Source: Methanobacteriota archaeon
Lineage (GTDB): Archaea > Thermoplasmatota > Poseidoniia > Poseidoniales > Thalassarchaeaceae
Assembly (NCBI GenBank): GCA_029977385.1
Contig: JAPOKZ010000002.1
Coordinates: 15,492-79,491, forward strand
DNA: 64,000 bases
Direction: 5' to 3'
Shown here: positions 56,314 to 64,000 of the stretch, piece after piece
How the letters are laid out: the number at the start of each line of letters is the position of its first letter
How positions within the stretch are numbered: position 1 is the first letter of the stretch
Notes under the pieces: model-generated
Told to the model about the DNA's origin: nothing
What the model saw: the letters and a program-made list of their open reading frames with translations, nothing else
Databases searched by the model: none
Program-made: the position numbers and the translations under genes

Positions 56314-57027
56314 ATGCTCAGCGATGAAGAAAGACTTACTGTAGTGAATGTGGTAGCATCTACCAGGGTAGCGGAGGAACTTGACCTCCCGGACATAGCG
56401 ATCCAATTGAACTGTGAATACGAGCCAGAGCAGTTCCCAGGGGTAGTCTACAGGGTAGTAGACCCAAAACTGGCAATTCTGATGTTCAGATCCGGAAGAG
56501 CAGTTTGTACTGGCGGTAAGAACGAGGATAATATCCAGACAGGCATAGAGAGAATGATTGGAGATCTAAGAAACGCAGGAATAGAGACCTGGGATCTGAA
56601 GGACGTCGAGATCGAGGTTCAGAACATGGTAGCAACTTACTCTCTTTTCTATCCCGAGGACTACGGGGAAGTCGCAAAGATGGATGACATCAACACCAAG
56701 GTAATCGATGAAGATGGAGGAATCAGAGCAGCCACCGATGAGGAAGTTGAAAATGAAGATCCAAGGATTAGAGGAATACTGGAAGGGGAGCCTTTGGCAG
56801 CTCTACCAAGAAAACTCAATCTGAACAACCTGACATTCCACCTACCGTTCGACAAGGTTGAATACGAGCCAGAGCAGTTCCCGGGATTGATCTACAGGCT
56901 AGACTACCCCCGAGTAGTGTGTCTTATCTTCGGTAGCGGGAAAATGGTGATTACCGGTGCTAGACATAAGGACGAGATTCTTGAGGCAGTAGAGCAGATA
57001 AAAGACGAGTTAGCAGACCTCCTGTAG
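56314..57027 (+). CDS. tbp: TATA-box-binding protein with an insertion in repeat 2
   Basis: It has two TBP repeats, each with EYEPEQFPG and F(R/G)SGK..(C/I)TG. I prefer the ATG at 56314 because the longer ORF from 56122 overlaps mvk and adds non-TBP sequence. At 237 aa it is longer than the usual length of about 180. Confidence 0.9.
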   Translation: MLSDEERLTVVNVVASTRVAEELDLPDIAIQLNCEYEPEQFPGVVYRVVDPKLAILMFRSGRAVCTGGKNEDNIQTGIERMIGDLRNAGIETWDLKDVEIEVQNMVATYSLFYPEDYGEVAKMDDINTKVIDEDGGIRAATDEEVENEDPRIRGILEGEPLAALPRKLNLNNLTFHLPFDKVEYEPEQFPGLIYRLDYPRVVCLIFGSGKMVITGARHKDEILEAVEQIKDELADLL

Positions 57028-57068
57028 AGTTCAACCAATGTTATTGGGCAGACCTGCCTGCGAAAGCT

Positions 57069-60000
57069 ATGCGCGCCGCCTCCATAGCTAGTATGGCCGT
57101 CTTCATTCTCGCCTTTGCACAAATTTCCCATTCTATTTCGCCCGATGATCTCCATTTCTCAGACTCCAACCCTATTGAATCCAAAGTGCAGGCAATGACA
57201 ACCACTGGGACTGCCGATGTCCCAATTTGGCGGGTAAATGACAACTGGATGTACGATGGGTTCCTAGACGTGGGAGATTTTGTTGCGGACTCGGGAGTAT
57301 CCACTAATGTCGAAACGCTAGATGGGTCGCTAGATAGAACTGTGGAGGACATCTTCTTGATGGAAATAGACGGTGAGGAAACTCTAGTTTACGAGGTAGA
57401 ATCGGTCGGAGAATACGAGTCAGACGGGGTAATACAAATCGATGGGACTAGTGGCTGCCTCTATGTGGACATGCAAACAACCGAGATAATCAGAGTTTCT
57501 GATCTAGCCACTTATTCACAGGAAGTAACAGTTGACGTATACTTTGATCCGCTGTTCTTCGGATGCGCATCTTGGTTGAGGCAGGATATCGGAGAGCTCG
57601 TTGTCGAGAATACATATGAGCCCCCATTGGAGAACTATGACTTCCCAATCTCGGTAGGAGAATCCTGGGCGATGGATTACGAACAAGCCACTGATTACAG
57701 CGGTTCCAGCAATTACGTCGACATACCCGATGACTCGAGCGACTCCAACTCAACCAGTTGGGCGGTAGTGAGCCAAGGAAACTCAGGAGTTGCCTACCCA
57801 GGATGCTACCAGTCATTCAACGTCACAGCATACGACTCTGACGGAGAAGAGACCGGATTCAATTGGTACTGTCCAGCCGTACGAGGGGAGGTAAAGAGTA
57901 CTATGGAGCAGGCTTTCGGGTTCCTTGCAGTACATGAGCTAGTGAGTTATCAACCAGTTCAAAGGGGGAAGTTGGTCTCTATCGATGTCCAGTACCCACT
58001 CTCGCCCACTGATATCGAGATATCCGCCTGGATCAATGTTACTGATCAGGGCCAAGGCGTATCGGGGCAAGAGATACAGTTCAGATACGAATCAGATCAA
58101 CAGTTTCAGAATGTGACAACTGATGAAAATGGATCATATCACATCGTTTTCAATACAGGATCCAATCCAGATGATACCGATGGACCTGGAGAGCTAGGCA
58201 GCCACGGAATAATCGCTTGGATTAGCAATGAGCGGATAATCGGTGGTAGGACCCTGATGATTGACTCAGAGATCCATGAGATAGACTTGGTGACTAGATC
58301 ATCAGCAGTTACTGTACAGAGGTTCCGACCCTCCACGGGGAACCAATTGACTCTGGACTCATCGATTGGTTTTGCTGCAATCTCTGGAGATGTCCTGACC
58401 TTCTCCGTACCTGTATTTAATAGAGGACTGATTCAATCCCCTAACTCCACAATAGTGGTAAGTGCCCCCGATGGGGGAGAAGTGTTCGGTACAGTTCCAC
58501 CACTAGGGAGCCTACAGGAATCGAGGGTATCGGTGAACTGGACAGTCCCCGAGTCGCAGCAATTCGGAAACGTGTATCTGTTCTTCGAGGTTGATCCTCA
58601 AGAGGAAATCTCCGAGGATGGGAACAGGACGAACAACCAGGGCTCGTTTGTCCTATACATTGGAGGTCTACCCCTGGCCTTCCTTTCACACTCCAGTGAG
58701 GTCCAGACCCATGAGATAGTGACACTTGACGCCTCCTCCTCATACGATTCAGATGGAGGGTATATCGAATGCGAGTTCCACATCCAGAAAATAGATGGCT
58801 CAACATTCCAGGAAACCGATGAAGACTGTATCTTGGAATGGTCTTGGCCAGATGATGGAACTTTCTCTATTGAGGTATTAATTACCGACGGAGAGAGCGA
58901 TGCGATCTCAGCCCAGTCTACAATCTCAGTAGTCAATAGGCCCCCGGAGATTTCCATTGGCACTGACAACGATGAAGTCGTTGTGACCAACCAAATCACT
59001 TTCTTCGTGACCAATAGCAGCGATATCGACACACTGAACCCCTCCGCACCAGTGGAGATTCTGTGGAATGCTGGATGTTCGGAGGGCCAGGTAGGACAGT
59101 CTTGTACCTTGACTCCGATAGTAGAGGGCAACCTAACCGTTTCAGTCATGGCAACAGATGACGACGGAGCCATAACGATGGCCCAACACTCAGTTCACGT
59201 AACCAATATTGCCCCGTCCAATCCTGTCGCTGAACTATACTTGGGTGAGACTAGAATTTTCCCGGATAGCAGAGGCGTATTCACCGTACTAGAGGGGGAC
59301 GAAGTCACATTCTGGGGCCAGGCGGACGACTCCTCGAACGATATAGAATCTCTAAAACATGTCTGGAAGCCGTATGCAGAGGATATTCCAGAGCTTAATT
59401 TCTCCAGCTTCGGTGAGAGGAGTACCCTTTCAGGGATTACATACAACACTTCGGGAATGCATCTCGCAACTCTTCAGGTATTCGACGACGACGGAGAATC
59501 AACAGAAGTCCTGATTGTGCCCATACAAGTGGAGAACGTAGCACCTGAAATTTCACCTATTACCACTACTTTGGGCGAACTTGAAGAGGATGAGGATTTT
59601 ACTATTTTACCCCAGGTAATAGAAACAGGAACCGACTCAGAGCGACTTGTTCAGTGCTTCGATCTTGATCCCGAAGATGATTCGAATTCAGACGGACAGC
59701 CTGGAAACGATTGCGACGTGGAATCTCCATTCCTTGCCTACTCATGGCCAGACTCGACTTCTGCCCCCGACTCCCTCATCTTCCACGTTACAGACGATGA
59801 TGGCGAATCTGCATCAATCGAGTTCTCCTTCTCCGTTGTTAACACGCCCCCGGCTGCTTACGCCTCTGCAAGCGTCTCTAATCCCACCGAAGGGGACTCA
59901 ATCGTGCTTTCTGCCAATGGGACCGTAGACTCCCAAGCAGATATGGATTCATTGGATTTCCACTGGGATATCGATATCACCCATGACTCCGATGGCGATG

Positions 60001-60521
60001 GCGATCCTGCGAATGACGTTGACTACACTGGTAGGTGGATCGAGTTCTCCTATGACTCCGGGGGCTCCAAAAAGGCACAACTGACCGTCTTTGATGACAG
60101 TTCTAGCCATTCTGTAACCATGGATCTAGAAGTGGCAGAGGCCTCCGAAACATTCTCTGAAGCGCTGGTCTCCAACATCGCTCCGATAATCTTCATCTTG
60201 GTCGCAGTCTCAATAGGTGCTTGGGTTTTGATCAGAAACCCGGGGCAGAGTCGCTCGGAAGAGGAAAAGAAAGCCTCAGATATCGATTTCGACGCGGCAT
60301 TCGATGAACCGGAGCCTCCCGTCGTAGACCCCAACGAGATGTTCGCACCATCCGGAGACTCGTCACTGGAAGATGCAGCAATTCTGGATGGTCTTGACGA
60401 AGTTCTCGATGAGTTAGGATTGGGAGGGGGGGATGCTTCAGAAATCCCATCGGCACCAATAATTGACGAAGCAAACAGTAACTTGGACCTCGAAGACATA
60501 GAAGCACTCTTTGAGGAGTAG
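57069..60521 (+). CDS. large cell-surface protein with tandem PKD-like domains, a C-terminal TM anchor and an acidic cytoplasmic tail
   Basis: The signal peptide is MRAASIASMAVFILAFAQISHS. Five segments with a period of about 95 aa end in (V/T)DD(D)G.S......V.N..P (for example ATDDDGAIT...VTNIAP and VFDDDGEST...VENVAP). A TM helix lies at about nt 60166-60240, followed by a tail of about 93 aa rich in Asp and Glu. Confidence 0.75.
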   Translation: MRAASIASMAVFILAFAQISHSISPDDLHFSDSNPIESKVQAMTTTGTADVPIWRVNDNWMYDGFLDVGDFVADSGVSTNVETLDGSLDRTVEDIFLMEIDGEETLVYEVESVGEYESDGVIQIDGTSGCLYVDMQTTEIIRVSDLATYSQEVTVDVYFDPLFFGCASWLRQDIGELVVENTYEPPLENYDFPISVGESWAMDYEQATDYSGSSNYVDIPDDSSDSNSTSWAVVSQGNSGVAYPGCYQSFNVTAYDSDGEETGFNWYCPAVRGEVKSTMEQAFGFLAVHELVSYQPVQRGKLVSIDVQYPLSPTDIEISAWINVTDQGQGVSGQEIQFRYESDQQFQNVTTDENGSYHIVFNTGSNPDDTDGPGELGSHGIIAWISNERIIGGRTLMIDSEIHEIDLVTRSSAVTVQRFRPSTGNQLTLDSSIGFAAISGDVLTFSVPVFNRGLIQSPNSTIVVSAPDGGEVFGTVPPLGSLQESRVSVNWTVPESQQFGNVYLFFEVDPQEEISEDGNRTNNQGSFVLYIGGLPLAFLSHSSEVQTHEIVTLDASSSYDSDGGYIECEFHIQKIDGSTFQETDEDCILEWSWPDDGTFSIEVLITDGESDAISAQSTISVVNRPPEISIGTDNDEVVVTNQITFFVTNSSDIDTLNPSAPVEILWNAGCSEGQVGQSCTLTPIVEGNLTVSVMATDDDGAITMAQHSVHVTNIAPSNPVAELYLGETRIFPDSRGVFTVLEGDEVTFWGQADDSSNDIESLKHVWKPYAEDIPELNFSSFGERSTLSGITYNTSGMHLATLQVFDDDGESTEVLIVPIQVENVAPEISPITTTLGELEEDEDFTILPQVIETGTDSERLVQCFDLDPEDDSNSDGQPGNDCDVESPFLAYSWPDSTSAPDSLIFHVTDDDGESASIEFSFSVVNTPPAAYASASVSNPTEGDSIVLSANGTVDSQADMDSLDFHWDIDITHDSDGDGDPANDVDYTGRWIEFSYDSGGSKKAQLTVFDDSSSHSVTMDLEVAEASETFSEALVSNIAPIIFILVAVSIGAWVLIRNPGQSRSEEEKKASDIDFDAAFDEPEPPVVDPNEMFAPSGDSSLEDAAILDGLDEVLDELGLGGGDASEIPSAPIIDEANSNLDLEDIEALFEE

Positions 60522-60535
60522 GCTGCGGCCGTGCT

Positions 60536-61006
60536 GTGGTCAATCTGTTCCGTCTCCTAGGACTGCCTAATCCGAACAACACTCCGAAGGCAACTCAAGG
60601 CAGTGGTCTGAGGGCCACTGAACCAGGTCCTAAGGCAGGAAATAGATTCCACGATCTAGGAGAGTCGAGATGGTCTGAGAGGACGAAGAGAATAACCGAC
60701 CGCCCCTTCAGGAAAGTAATCTACATGGAGCCCGATGGCCTTCACAGAATTCAATTAGAGGGAGTGGAGGGGAATCTATCCTCGGGAGATATGGTAATCG
60801 TGGATCTCAGTTCACTGAATCACATGCCAAGCCAGCAATCGGTATGCTCTAGGAAGACTCAGGAACTTGGAGACAGGACGAATCTACACGTATTTGCTTT
60901 GAATGAGGATGACACTCTTTTGATGATCCCAGGAGCTAAGATGAGGGTTGATACGCACAAGCACATGCTCGGATCCCCTTCGCTTGAAAGGGCTATAGAG
61001 AACTAA
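60536..61006 (+). CDS. SepF-like (DUF552) cell-division protein candidate
   Basis: The C-terminal core (SGDMVIVDLSSL...ELGDRTNLHVFALNEDDTLLMIPGAKMRV) resembles archaeal SepF. The GTG-initiated N-terminus VNLFRLLGL looks like an amphipathic membrane-targeting helix. Confidence 0.45.
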   Translation: MVNLFRLLGLPNPNNTPKATQGSGLRATEPGPKAGNRFHDLGESRWSERTKRITDRPFRKVIYMEPDGLHRIQLEGVEGNLSSGDMVIVDLSSLNHMPSQQSVCSRKTQELGDRTNLHVFALNEDDTLLMIPGAKMRVDTHKHMLGSPSLERAIEN

Positions 61007-61015
61007 ATACCTCTG

Positions 61016-61219
61016 CTATTCCTCTTCCAGCCATTCGTCAAGCTCGCCATTGGATACTTCCATGACTGCATGCTCTGTAAAGTCACGATAATTTTCCCAT
61101 TTCTCAATCTCTTCCTCTGAATCTTCTCTATCCTTCTTCCTCTGGATAGAGTCATTGGCGTATACCACGCATCTGCGTAGGAAGGAAGTCACCAGCGAAC
61201 GACGTTCTTCAAGGTCCAT
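61016..61219 (-). CDS. small acidic hypothetical protein
   Basis: The 67-aa ORF starts 1 nt after the bcp stop. I recognised no family. Confidence 0.4.
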   Translation of the reverse strand: MDLEERRSLVTSFLRRCVVYANDSIQRKKDREDSEEEIEKWENYRDFTEHAVMEVSNGELDEWLEEE

Positions 61220-61220
61220 C

Positions 61221-61700
61221 CTATCCGACCTTCAATTCCTCAATCAGAGAATCAACATGGCCCTTGGTTTTCACGCCGTAACCAGCCCACGCTATCTTCC
61301 CATCGACACCAATTGCGAAGGTTGAGCGCAGTGTGCCCATGTATGTCTTGCCGTACATGCTCTTCTCCCTCCAAGTACCATAGGATTCGTGTAGGGCGGC
61401 ATCCTCATCTACAATCAAATCGAATGGAAGATCATGCTTGTCAATGAACTTCTGATGTGACTTCGCGCTATCCGTAGAAACCCCAATTACCTTCCATGAG
61501 CTGTCTTCAAATCTCCCGAAGTTATCCCTGAAGTCACACGCCTGGATTGTGCATCCTGGCGTATTATCCCTGGGGTAGAAGTACAGAATAACCCCTTTTC
61601 CAGTGGAAAGTATCTCCGAGAGAGAGACCTTTCCTCCATCCGTTACTTCAGCCTCGAAGTTCGGGGCTTCATCTCCAATTGCTAGTTCTACCGTTGCCAT
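61221..61700 (-). CDS. bcp: thiol peroxidase / peroxiredoxin, Bcp type
   Basis: It has the motif YFYPRDNTPGCTIQACDF. Confidence 0.9.
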   Translation of the reverse strand: MATVELAIGDEAPNFEAEVTDGGKVSLSEILSTGKGVILYFYPRDNTPGCTIQACDFRDNFGRFEDSSWKVIGVSTDSAKSHQKFIDKHDLPFDLIVDEDAALHESYGTWREKSMYGKTYMGTLRSTFAIGVDGKIAWAGYGVKTKGHVDSLIEELKVG

Positions 61701-61737
61701 GCAAAGCCGTGTCGAACCAGACTCATGAAGGCTACCA

Positions 61738-62310
61738 TCACTCGATATAGCTCTTCAAAGATACAGATGCAGGCATCGATGGAGGCTCGCTGAATCCGAA
61801 GCAAGCGTTGGTGGTGAAACTTTCCGACCCACCAAGCTCCTGTCCATGGAAACTAGCTTCGGCAGTCAGAACCTTTGATATCGATCTAATTGAGTACCAC
61901 TCTCTTCTGTTGTTCTTAGTTCTGCCATATGTCTTTGTGCCGAAAATAAGCCTTGCAAAGAACGCTTCTATGCTTGAGATGAACCACAGTGGTCTCCAGA
62001 TGGGAATGGGGAGGGCTATCCCCCAAGAGATACTCACAGACAGGCCCCCTCCTTCGATCGATATGCCTCTACGCGTCCTTTCGACCATAATATCGGTTAT
62101 CTCCACACTTTCGAAGTTGTACAGTTCCGAGACATATTTTGCGTGCTCATCGGAAGGGGATAGAAGGATCCTGGTGCCGTCCGGTCTTGCCCACATTATG
62201 TTGGTAAAACTGCCAATTGGAGACTCTCGCCAGTCTCCAATAACTATCCTGTCGCCACTTGAGAATCCTGTAGAAGTAATCCTGCCTACGAAAATTTCCA
62301 AATCAACCAC
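61738..62310 (-). CDS. hypothetical protein, probably GTG-initiated and coupled to nth
   Basis: The ORF is open to 62376, but that start would overlap nth by 74 nt. A GTG at 62310 overlaps the nth stop (GTGGTTGA). I recognised no family. Confidence 0.45.
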   Translation of the reverse strand: MVDLEIFVGRITSTGFSSGDRIVIGDWRESPIGSFTNIMWARPDGTRILLSPSDEHAKYVSELYNFESVEITDIMVERTRRGISIEGGGLSVSISWGIALPIPIWRPLWFISSIEAFFARLIFGTKTYGRTKNNRREWYSIRSISKVLTAEASFHGQELGGSESFTTNACFGFSEPPSMPASVSLKSYIE

Positions 62311-62956
62311 CCGTTTCTTCCCTGATCCTCTTCTTAGTGGCCGCCCAAGAGCAAATCGGGCATGATGAAAGGTCATGCCTCAAAGCCGGACAGTACTCTC
62401 TTCCGAAATATATGATTTGCAAATGTCTTCTGTTCCACGTTTCTTCTGGGAAGACCGCCTTCAAATCCCTCTCCGTCTTCACTACGTTCCTGCCGTCAGA
62501 AAGCCCCCATCTGGCTGCCAGTCTGTGTATGTGGGTATCAACTGGAAAAGCTGGAACTCCGAATGCCTGACTCATAACCACGCTTGCTGTCTTGTGCCCA
62601 ACTCCTGCCAATGATTCGAGGAATTCCCAGTCAGGCTTCACTACTCCTCCCTCTTCGAGAATCTGCTCTGCCATTCTACTGAGGTTCTTCGCTTTGGTAG
62701 GGGCAAGCCCAATTTCTCTAATTATCTGGCGAATCTCCTCGACTTCCAGGCGAGCCATCTTCTCAGGGCTACCAGCAATCTCGAACAATTTCGGAGTTAT
62801 CTCGTTCACCTTCTTGTCTGTAGACTGAGCGGAGAGCATTACTGCAACAAGAAGGGTGTAAGCGTCAACGTGATCCAATGGGATGGGGGTCTCTGGATAT
62901 TTAGAGTCCAGAATTTCCCCTATCCTAGTCGCTTTCTCCAATCGACGCAATATCAA
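62303..62956 (-). CDS. nth: endonuclease III (HhH-GPD DNA glycosylase with Fe-S cluster loop)
   Basis: It has the HhH motif LESLAGVGHKTASVV, a catalytic-region VDTHIHR, and a C-terminal Cys cluster (CPALRHDLSSCPIC). Confidence 0.9.
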   Translation of the reverse strand: MILRRLEKATRIGEILDSKYPETPIPLDHVDAYTLLVAVMLSAQSTDKKVNEITPKLFEIAGSPEKMARLEVEEIRQIIREIGLAPTKAKNLSRMAEQILEEGGVVKPDWEFLESLAGVGHKTASVVMSQAFGVPAFPVDTHIHRLAARWGLSDGRNVVKTERDLKAVFPEETWNRRHLQIIYFGREYCPALRHDLSSCPICSWAATKKRIREETGG

Positions 62957-63159
62957 GCCTCCAAATCTGGATTATCGCCATCCCTCCATCCGATCATAAC
63001 TCCCACCGCGATGCAACCGAAAAACGGTGCGTAACAGGAAAGCCAGAGGGTAGTATCCCACTCCTCGGGACTTCCACTCATTACCCACCCAATCAATGCA
63101 AGTAACACTCCGGGCACGGACGCCAGAGTCCCGAACAACATGGCCCTACCCACTCCCAT
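62953..63159 (-). CDS. small two-helix membrane protein, unknown function
   Basis: The 68-aa ORF has two hydrophobic helices. It lies between the symporter and nth and overlaps nth by 4 nt. Confidence 0.4.
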   Translation of the reverse strand: MGVGRAMLFGTLASVPGVLLALIGWVMSGSPEEWDTTLWLSCYAPFFGCIAVGVMIGWRDGDNPDLEA

Positions 63160-63189
63160 AGGGCTAACAGGAAGGTTCCTGACTTGACT

Positions 63190-64000
63190 CTAACGGGGCG
63201 TCACTTTCTCAACCCATTTTGCCATTATCGCAGTCTGCGCCATCGAAAGAGCAGCAGCCCACCAAATCCACTTCGGAAGACCAAATGACCAAGTCCCAGT
63301 TTCGCTCCACCACCAGAAGTCCTGAGCCAATACAAAAACCGCTAATAATCCAGCCAAGGGGGCTATGTCCGAGCCTTTTATCTCAAATCGCCAGGAAAAA
63401 TCCTCTCCGATCTTGAAGTACTGCTGAGTCGCAACAAGTCCAACCGTCGCTGCGAATAAAGATGGAATTACGGCAGTGGGAACCGCTCCTTTGACCGGTT
63501 CCACCCACCATCCATCGAAGGACTCGGGAGAGAAAACGGCTAGAATCACGACGGCCTCTCCTGCAAGAATAGAGGTAACAACTGCCCTCCCATCAATCTC
63601 ATCGAAGTGAGCAGAAGCGAGAACTGAGGGGAACATTACGGCATACATGGAGAAGGCTAGAAGTCCGAGGTTAAGGATGGATAGATTAGACCAGACAGAT
63701 AGTATAAGCCCAAGAACGGATAGTGAGACGATTACAAACTCTCTACTCCAGTCTTCATGACTATCCTTGCCAAGCAAGTCCCTGGTCACAAGTGACCCCG
63801 TGGCTAGAAGCTGTGAATCCATTGTGGACATTAGGGCAGCAAGTCCCGCAACCAATACCAAACCTCCCAGCCATTCACCGCCCACGTCCATTATCATGGT
63901 AGGCAGAATATTGTCCGAACCTGCTGTATCCAAGTCCGGGTAACTCAGATGGCCAATTGTCCCAATCAAAATCGGGGGTACGAAAGCCAACCATGCCACT
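63190..64000 (-). CDS. sodium:solute symporter family protein, C-terminal part (5' end lies outside the window)
   Basis: It is polytopic, with the SSF-typical segment GLAALMSTMDSQLL. The frame is open to the window edge. Confidence 0.8.
   Translation of the reverse strand, partial: VAWLAFVPPILIGTIGHLSYPDLDTAGSDNILPTMIMDVGGEWLGGLVLVAGLAALMSTMDSQLLATGSLVTRDLLGKDSHEDWSREFVIVSLSVLGLILSVWSNLSILNLGLLAFSMYAVMFPSVLASAHFDEIDGRAVVTSILAGEAVVILAVFSPESFDGWWVEPVKGAVPTAVIPSLFAATVGLVATQQYFKIGEDFSWRFEIKGSDIAPLAGLLAVFVLAQDFWWWSETGTWSFGLPKWIWWAAALSMAQTAIMAKWVEKVTPR

Noticed and set aside
56415-56882. Exact 24-nt direct repeat TGAATACGAGCCAGAGCAGTTCCC (56415-56438 and 56859-56882)
   Set aside because: The internal duplication of TBP explains it. 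Both copies encode the conserved EYEPEQFPG of the two repeats. It is not a mobile or regulatory repeat.
1-64000. Mobile elements, prophage, genomic island, toxin-antitoxin or defence systems
   Set aside because: I saw no transposase, integrase, recombinase, terminal inverted repeats, tRNA-flanked island or nuclease/helicase/methylase modules in any frame. Apart from the 215-bp AT-rich spacer, the composition looks uniform by eye.

Overview
The window is densely packed with about 60 protein-coding genes, mostly separated by 0-50 nt or overlapping by 4-14 nt. I found no rRNA, tRNA, CRISPR array, transposase, integrase or recognisable defence genes. The gene content indicates an archaeon. It has a TATA-binding protein, the archaeal alternative entry into the shikimate pathway (ADH synthase and DHQ synthase II) with a GHMP-type shikimate kinase, a RibL-type FAD synthase and a SepF-like protein. 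TATA boxes sit about 26 nt upstream of several ATGs, which suggests leaderless mRNAs. The many secreted subtilases, a large PKD surface protein, lipobox-like signal peptides and a membrane pyrophosphatase fit an uncultivated marine heterotrophic euryarchaeote of the Poseidoniales (MGII) or Thermoplasmatota type. That assignment is inference only. The main blocks are: an ABC exporter and xth (1-3.6 kb); an aroA'-aroB'-aroK-aroC cluster (3.6-7.3 kb); a 10 kb minus-strand run in which a three-subunit molybdenum hydroxylase leads into a secreted protein and a DUF4350/MoxR/DUF58/membrane module (7.3-17.7 kb); XdhC and MocA cofactor genes (19.7-22 kb); a fused E1 alpha-beta 2-oxoacid dehydrogenase next to a very AT-rich 215-bp spacer (23-26.1 kb); a MoeZ-like E1 and trxB; a riboflavin/FAD cluster (28.6-31 kb); a subtilase-MFS fusion gene (31.8-35.7 kb); hppA; a copper operon; ileS and cysS; a membrane HdrD-like enzyme; mvk; tbp; a 1150-aa PKD surface protein; and bcp, nth and a partial Na+/solute symporter. 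The most unusual items are these five: (1) one ORF fusing a secreted S8 protease to an AmpG/PAT-type MFS permease with a coherent membrane topology; (2) the Mo-hydroxylase to MoxR/DUF58 run, which resembles the CoxD/E/F maturation arrangement; (3) a TBP with a roughly 50-aa acidic insertion in its second repeat; (4) an orphan E1 alpha-beta fusion with an N-terminal zinc ribbon; (5) the repeat-bearing AT-rich spacer. All functional calls come from motifs read by eye in the supplied translations. No database search was run.
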